NCBI RefSeq assembly: GCF_006345805.1
Contig: NW_021825768.1
Span: 1-14,591, forward strand
Origin: Octopus sinensis
Lineage: Eukaryota
Reading direction: 5' to 3'
Length of the DNA stretch: 14,591 nt
Shown one piece after another: positions 8,301 through 14,591 of this stretch. The position numbers and the translations under genes were made by a program. Positions within the stretch are counted from its first letter, which is position 1. Each line of letters opens with the position of its first letter. The notes beneath the pieces were generated by a model, which saw nothing but the letters and a program-made list of their open reading frames with translations, made no database searches and was not told where the DNA came from.

Positions 8301-9629
8301 AACAAGAGAGAGAGGGGGAGACAGACTACATTAGAGGCAGACAGGCAGAGACAGCGACAGAAGTTAGTACATATGGAAGAGAATCAGAATGGGAAAGATA
8401 ATCAATCCTCCATTTAACTTACATGACTTGTATTTACAAGGCATTGCAGCTAGCACTTCAGGCAGAAGTCACAACACTCCGCAGTTTATTTTCAGCTGAC
8501 CGTGTCAAAAGGCATTGCAATTTACACAACTTACAAGCAAAATGCTTTTCCGCTTATACATCTTAAAGTCGCAATTGAAGACTCCATTTCAGCTTAAAGA
8601 GTTTACAATGAAACGTGATTGCTGTTTTTCTTGATACAATTGCAAGTCCTTCTTTCCAACGCAACAATATATTTTCAACTTCGAATAGATCCCTCCTTTC
8701 ATCTCTATCATTAGGCGTCGAACTCATAGTGTCTTTAGGGCTTTGGACAAAATGCATTCTGGTATATATGTATCGGATATGTATGGTGTATATATGTATC
8801 AATAAGATAAGTGTCCGATGATACATATGCTATCACAGGCTTTGCATTGTTTCTATAGCCAATTTCTCTATGTTTGTTTTAAACTGACGCACAGATGAAA
8901 ATTGCCGAAACCGTTGCTCTGTTAAATAAATGAGTTACCCGCTATAAATTCGAACCAACAAAAAGATTTCGTAGTCTCTCGGCCTGCTAGACTTAGCAGC
9001 CAAATCACTAAAAATTCAAACCTTATTGCATTAAAAGCGAATGTACTCATATAAAACTAGTTTTCTTCCTGTTGAGTTAGGGAGAGAAAAGCAAGCTGAT
9101 GATCCTTTATCTTTTCTGGACCTAAACGATTGATATTAAGCAGAGAAAAAGCACCATCAGTCTGGGGTTTTGGCACGAATGCTTGCAACGTATTGAACCC
9201 GGTTAATAAAACCGAAGAACTGTGCGGTGATGTGAATCTAATTGTTGGAATGAGCCTAGCACCCAAAACTTCAAAATATAGAGGGCCGGACAAGGTATAT
9301 CTGGTCCGATGTTGTAACAGTTCTGCCAATTCACTGCTGTGCCAAGGGAATTTATTTTTATTTCATTGGTCGTGGATTATAGACTTAAATGTTCGTATTG
9401 GAGATTCTGTTGCGAATGCCAATAGTACAACATGTTTCCAAATTTCTGGCAGAATAAATTGCGTCATGGTGTTGTTTTTCTCACATACGGTGCCCAACTG
9501 ACCCTACTATATGTGTGTGTAGTCGACAAAATCAAAAACAAACAATGCACGTGCGCAAAATTAAAAATATAAAATAGCGACAATTTACCCAGTGCACCCT
9601 GTACATACGGATACACAGACACGCATATA

Positions 9630-9657
9630 TTTATATGTGCATGCGTACGTGTGTATG

Positions 9658-9720
<63 letters not shown>

Positions 9721-9722
9721 GT
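9630..9722. repeat. (TA)/(TG)n microsatellite
   Basis: Long pure TG run at ~9670-9712. Confidence 0.96.
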
Positions 9723-9759
9723 AGTTTAATTGATATCAACATTCTATATAAAATTATTG

Positions 9760-10156
9760 ATAATTTACAAGATAAGGGCAAAAATTTTATCCTATATTAG
9801 TTATAAATTGAATTAGTGTTCACTTCCGGATTCTCTCACTCTGTGACAGTTTCTAGTTCGAATCACACGTGTCTCGAGATGTGCCGAAGATTTTTCTATT
9901 TTGGATATATTTGGACTTGATGCTTGCTTTTTCCATGGGTATGAGTAAGTATTTCACTTATATCTTGCGTATTTGCCGCTGAAGAGGGGAAAATTTCTTA
10001 TTAATTAACCCCGAAATTGGACCAATACGGTAATAACGAATATTTTAGAAATTTCTATCGGTTTGTTTCGAGACGCATAAATTTTAATGGTTATTGAAAA
10101 GTTTTGTCTTTTTTTCGGCATTAGAATTTTTCTTTTGCCCTTATCTTGTAAATTAT
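9760..10156 (+). mobile_element. Short hammerhead-bearing element with 24-bp terminal inverted repeat (probable truncated or non-autonomous PLE)
   Basis: 9760-9783 ATAATTTACAAGATAAGGGCAAAA is the exact reverse complement of 10133-10156. It contains a hammerhead at 9968-10038. The 3' end TGTAAATTAT resembles the TGTAAATAAT end of the PLE at 3330. No ORF recognised. Confidence 0.6.
9968..10038 (+). ncRNA. Type I hammerhead ribozyme, core intact
   Basis: TTGCCG-CTGAAGA(9979-9985)-GGGG-19-nt loop-CCCC-GAAA(10013-10016)-TTGG-A-CCAA-TA-CGGTAA. Stem I has 6 bp plus a 2x2 internal loop plus 3 bp, stem II has 4 G-C pairs, and stem III is near-palindromic. AUA cleavage is predicted after 10027. Confidence 0.85.
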
Positions 10157-10344
10157 TTATAAATTTAACCTTTAAAGGTATTTTTCGATATACTGGCCAT
10201 TGATAAAATTTTTTTCCCGAAAAAATTTTTATCTTATATTAGTTATAAAATTATTGATATTTAGTCCAATATTACCGCCATTTCTATTGTATTATCAAAC
10301 GGACCATAGGGGTAGCAAGCTCTAATAAGATTCATTAACGTCGG

Positions 10345-10455
10345 GAAAAAATTCCAATATTTGTTCCGGCTCTTAACGTTCTAAGTTCTAATAATCTCGC
10401 AGAAGTCAACATTGCAGTTCATTCTTTTAGGATAAAGAAAATTTGCTACCTAGTT
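10345..10455 (+). mobile_element. Old, degraded SINE fragment (tentative)
   Basis: ...TTAACGTTCTAAGTTCTAATAATCTCGCAGAAGTCAACATTGCAGTTCATTCTTTTAGG... resembles, from memory only, a B box plus central domain (CTTTCATCCTTTCGGGGTCGAT-like) of molluscan SINEs. There is no partner copy in the window. Confidence 0.3.
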
Positions 10456-10549
10456 TTAATTTACGACAAACAGTGAGAAATATTTACCATTCGTCTCTAT
10501 GAAGGATTCTTGCTGTACACCGACAGAAAGATTTAAAAATATATATCCA

Positions 10550-10930
10550 CTAGCAGTATCGCCCGGCGTTGCTCGGGTTTGTAAGGGAAATAACTATATA
10601 AGCATTTTTAGAGAGTTATAGCCAAAAAATGCATTAAAAATGGGAAAAAAATTATGGTAGTTTTTTTTTTAAATCGTACATCATCGTAGACATTTTTAGA
10701 GAGTTATTTCCCTTATATAATAGCGAAAAAAATGCATTAAAATGGAAAAAAATGATGGTAATTTTTTTTTAATCGTAGACTCATCGTAGACGCGCGCTAA
10801 TACCCAGAAGGGCTCGATATGAATCACGACTATAAGATACCCGGTTTTGGTTAAACCGCACCGCAAAATGTGGGAGTAGTTAGGAATCTAAATCGTAGGT
10901 GACAGACACACAACTTGACTTTTATATATA
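10550..10930 (-). mobile_element. Non-autonomous Helitron-like element, copy 2
   Basis: Collinear and highly similar to 1967-2341, with the same hairpin and CTAG|T 3' end. The 5' TC terminus is missing and the element stops in TATATA. Confidence 0.8.
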
Positions 10931-11579
10931 TCCATATCCGGAGCGAGATTAATCTTATCTGGTCAATTCTACACAAACCGGACTCTTAGAACACCGGTTT
11001 GAAGGAGCGGTGTGTTATATGAAAATAAATATATAATATATAATAAATATACAATAAAATTAAAGTTACTTTCATACGAACAGAGACACAGAATCATGGA
11101 CACACAGACAAGCATATAGTAATTTCCTTGGTGCGCAGTCGGGTAGTAGTAAATGAACAAAATATCTCCAGGAAGATATTTAATACTTGACTATTCAACA
11201 CATCACTCGTGTTTCGTTTTCGTCTCTCTCTCACTTTATTTTATTTCATTTTTATTTTAATTTTATTTTTACTTTTTTTTTTTTTTTCTCTCTCTCTCTC
11301 TCTCCTCTCTCATCTGATTGAAGAATGACGTGCTGACAGGTCTGACACCTTTGCAAACGAGTAGAAGGGGGCGGACAAGAGTAATGTGAGTTACTTGGCC
11401 GTGCAAATTCGCGCAGAGCTAGCTGGAAGGCCACCACAGGGAGGACTTGCGCGCGACTTGGTGTTCTTTTGATGAACACCGTCAGGGGTGGTCGGAGCGA
11501 ACAACAGCAACAAGAACAACAACAACAAAACATCCAGTATAGTTACTGGCAAAAAGAGATACAGACGTATCGTATTGCG

Positions 11580-11602
11580 AATACATACATACATACATAC
11601 AT

Positions 11603-11649
<47 letters not shown>

Positions 11650-12020
11650 GTAATATGTGTATTATATATATAAATATATGTGATATATATGTAATATATG
11701 TTATATATATATATATATGTATATTATGTGTATATATAATATATATATATATGTATATATATGTGTATATATGTATATATAAATATATATATATATGTAA
11801 TATCTGTTTATATATATATAAATATAGTATATATATATATGTATTATTATATAATTATATTTTTTAATATAATTGTATATATTAGATATGTATATATATG
11901 TATAATATGTTATATATAATATATATATATGTAATATATGTGTATATATATATATAAAATATATATATATATATTGTATATATATGTATATATATGTATA
12001 TATATATAATAGTATATATA
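11580..12020. repeat. Long degenerate (CATA)n/(TA)n array
   Basis: About 440 bp of TA-rich repeat, followed by CA-rich low-complexity sequence to ~12930. Confidence 0.95.
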
Positions 12021-12951
12021 TACACGCAACCTACACACATACAAATACGCACACACTAATGCAAACACACATACACAAACTGATGGTCAGTTTTTTTTTC
12101 TCTATCACATGATGGATTTCACACAAATGCGCACGTTAACATACGCTCGTTCTCTTCCTTACATATACTAACGGTCAAATACACTATCATGGAGTCACGT
12201 AAACAGACGGTCACACGCAAGGACATAGACACAAACCGTCTCAATATTTCATGTACCAATGTACAAGCAAAGGCATACACAAAATAGCACATACACAAAT
12301 ATGCACAAATATACACAAATATACACAGGCATGAACAAACCCATCTACACACACACTATCATATGTATACGACTATCATATGTATACGCAGCTATCTAGA
12401 AACTCATACACAATTATATTCACATTCAATAATGAGGACATACGCGAAATATAAAAACACATACACAGATACAATATAACTTATATAAAGACACTTGCAT
12501 GCACGTAAGGTCAGACACATAGGACTATCTACGATTTTACAGAGAATTATATATATATGAGCAAAGGTATACAGGCATAAACACAGGCATAAATACACGC
12601 ATTCGCTTTCATATAAGCGAACTCATCTACATATATAAGAGTATAGCTTTGCGTATCCAAGACTATCACATGGGTTGTGAATATATGTATAATTGTGTTA
12701 TCTTCCTTGCTCAAGACTATACTTTCTTGTATGCAGATATGTTTGCTTATGTGAATGCGTGTTGATATGTGTGTGTTGTGTGTGTTGTGTGTGTATGTCT
12801 ATGTGTACACACACACACACAGACACACACCATACACACATAACAACATGCACACAAATCGGCATGTGTATATTTTATATATGTGCATAAACACACATGT
12901 ATATCTGTGTACATGTAATATCTTTACACATATGCAATCGATATATCAGTA

Positions 12952-13358
12952 TACTCTTTTACTTTTTCAGTCGTTGACCTGTGGCCATGCTGGAGCACCG
13001 CCTTTAGTCGAGCAAATCGACCCCCAGGACTTATTCTTTGTAAGCCTAGTACTTATTCTATCGGTCTCTTTTGCCGAACAACTATGTTACGGGGATGTAA
13101 ACACACCAGCATCGGTTATCAAGCGATGTTGGGGGGACAAACACAGACACATAAACATACACACACATACATATATACATATATATACATATATACGACG
13201 GGCTTCTTTCAGTTTCTGCCTACGAAATCCACTCACAAGGCTTTGGTAAGCCCGAGTCTATGGTAGAAGACATTTGACCAAGGTGCTACGCAGTGGGAAT
13301 GAACACGGAACCATGTAGTTCGTAAGCAAGCTACTTACCACATAGCCACTCCTACGCC
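12952..13358 (-). mobile_element. Full-length SINE type C (tRNA-derived head, internal microsatellite, 3' half)
   Basis: The minus strand starts GGCGTAGGAGTGGCTATGTGGTAAG (A box 13338-13348), with a degenerate B box GTGTTCATTCCC at 13295-13306. The body runs to ~13196, then a TA/TG microsatellite at ~13150-13196, then the 3' half ending in GTAAAAGAGTA-type repeats. Confidence 0.85.
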
Positions 13359-13395
13359 TATAAAATGAAATCTCGCGAGTCGGATGTATATATAC

Positions 13396-13427
<32 letters not shown>

Positions 13428-13557
13428 ATAGCCGAAATTACTACGATGATCCGGTTCTTGACTGAAGACTGAGGGGTTCGAATGTCCTGTCCATGTTTAT
13501 TGTATCGTCTTCTATGAGTTATACGTTCTTGTCCATGTTGTATTTTTCTACATACCT

Positions 13558-13740
13558 TAATATATATATATATATATACATATATATGTGTGTATATACA
13601 CGCGCACACACACGTATATATATATATATACATACATACATACATACATACATACATACATACATACATACATACATACATAAAAACATATACATTCATA
13701 TATACATACACATACAGCTACACACATATATACAAACACG
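13558..13740. repeat. (TA)n/(CATA)n microsatellite
   Basis: Includes a long pure CATA run at ~13630-13682. Confidence 0.96.
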
Positions 13741-14169
13741 CACAAAGATTAAAGCCACTGAAATTGAGAAATATGAGATTACAAGTAACGGAAAGAAGGC
13801 AACGATGACGACTGTGTTGATGAAACTTTGTTAGGTGGTGATGGGTGGTGATGTGTGGTGATGGGGGGCGAGGTGTCCTTTTCTCTAAAAACTCGTGTAA
13901 ACCATTCCCTCTTCAAACTTCTTTTCTTTCGAAATTGGTTCGAATTTTGCTTGTCCAGCTGTTGAGCCGTGTATACCACCAACTTGTAGAATGGACAAAC
14001 AATATTTTTTTTTTTTATTTCATCGTCTCTTTTCTTTTCTTTCTATCTTTCCTTTGAGGCACTCCATTCTACTTATTATTATTAGTTTTTTTTTTTTGGT
14101 TGGTGGTTTCTATATATTTCTGTATTTATTTGTTTATTTTGTTTGTTCATATGTCTAGATAGAACGGTC

Positions 14170-14235
14170 TAGCAGGTGTATACATGCACACACTCACACA
14201 CACACACACGCCCACACACATAGACACATATGTAG

Positions 14236-14274
<39 letters not shown>

Positions 14275-14404
14275 CATACATATACGCTCTCTCAATACAA
14301 ACTAAGTACATGAGTATTTGTGTGTATATATGTGTATCTCTGTGTTTTAGTATCTAGAAATTACTATATAGAAAACAAATTATTGCATATAATATATATA
14401 TATG

Positions 14405-14436
<32 letters not shown>

Positions 14437-14560
14437 ATATATATATATATGTATGTATGTATGTATGTATATGTATATGTATTATGTATATACATATACA
14501 TATATATATAGATATATACGTGTATATATGTATATATACGTGTATGTGTCTGTTGTGTGT
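14170..14560. repeat. (CA)n/(TA)n/(ATGT)n microsatellite region
   Basis: Directly visible, with a short unique interruption at ~14290-14385. Confidence 0.9.
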
Positions 14561-14591
14561 GAGTGTGGTAGTTGAGCATTGGTAGACGCAA

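Noticed and set aside
8885-8920. CAGATGA...TTGCC-GAAAC-CGTT, a hammerhead-like remnant
   Set aside because: The core is mutated, the 5' arm of stem II is missing and the cleavage-site register does not fit. At best a decayed PLE tail.
10175-10189. 15-nt exact match AAGGTATTTTTCGAT to the PLE tail at 3456-3470
   Set aside because: An isolated AT-rich 15-mer with no flanking similarity is compatible with chance in this window.
11469-11575. MNTVRGGRSEQQQQEQQQQ poly-Q ORF start
   Set aside because: CAA-repeat driven, runs into the TA array, and the donor site is weak; kept only as part of the island finding.
12355-12388. 17-bp tandem duplication ACTATCATATGTATACG x2
   Set aside because: Ordinary slippage event in low-complexity DNA.
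13431-13560. GCCGAAA...ATC...CTGAAGA in type II hammerhead order; possibly the tail of another PLE family
   Set aside because: Stem III could pair, but stems I and II cannot. There is no second copy in the window to support a family assignment.

Overview
AT-rich eukaryotic non-coding DNA (intergenic or intronic) with no confidently recognisable host gene. The repeat families look like those I recall from octopus/cephalopod genomes; this is an inference and was not searched. The window is a patchwork of long (TA)n/(TG)n/(CATA)n microsatellites and mobile elements. These are: a complete but dead mariner (TA target duplication, 30-bp TIRs); two copies of a ~375-bp non-autonomous Helitron-like element; tRNA-derived SINEs of at least three types; a 5'-truncated RTE LINE with a near-perfect 3x165-bp internal triplication; and pieces of Penelope-like retroelements (PLEs), two of which retain GIY-YIG endonuclease remnants. 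The most interesting signals are RNA-level. One is an apparently intact type I hammerhead ribozyme at 9968-10038. The other is a PLE 3' tail at 3330-3600 that places a tRNA-like Pol III promoter, a microsatellite and a minimal hammerhead in series; its inverted terminal copy starts almost exactly at the predicted ribozyme cleavage site. Most ORFs in the supplied track are microsatellite or antisense artefacts.
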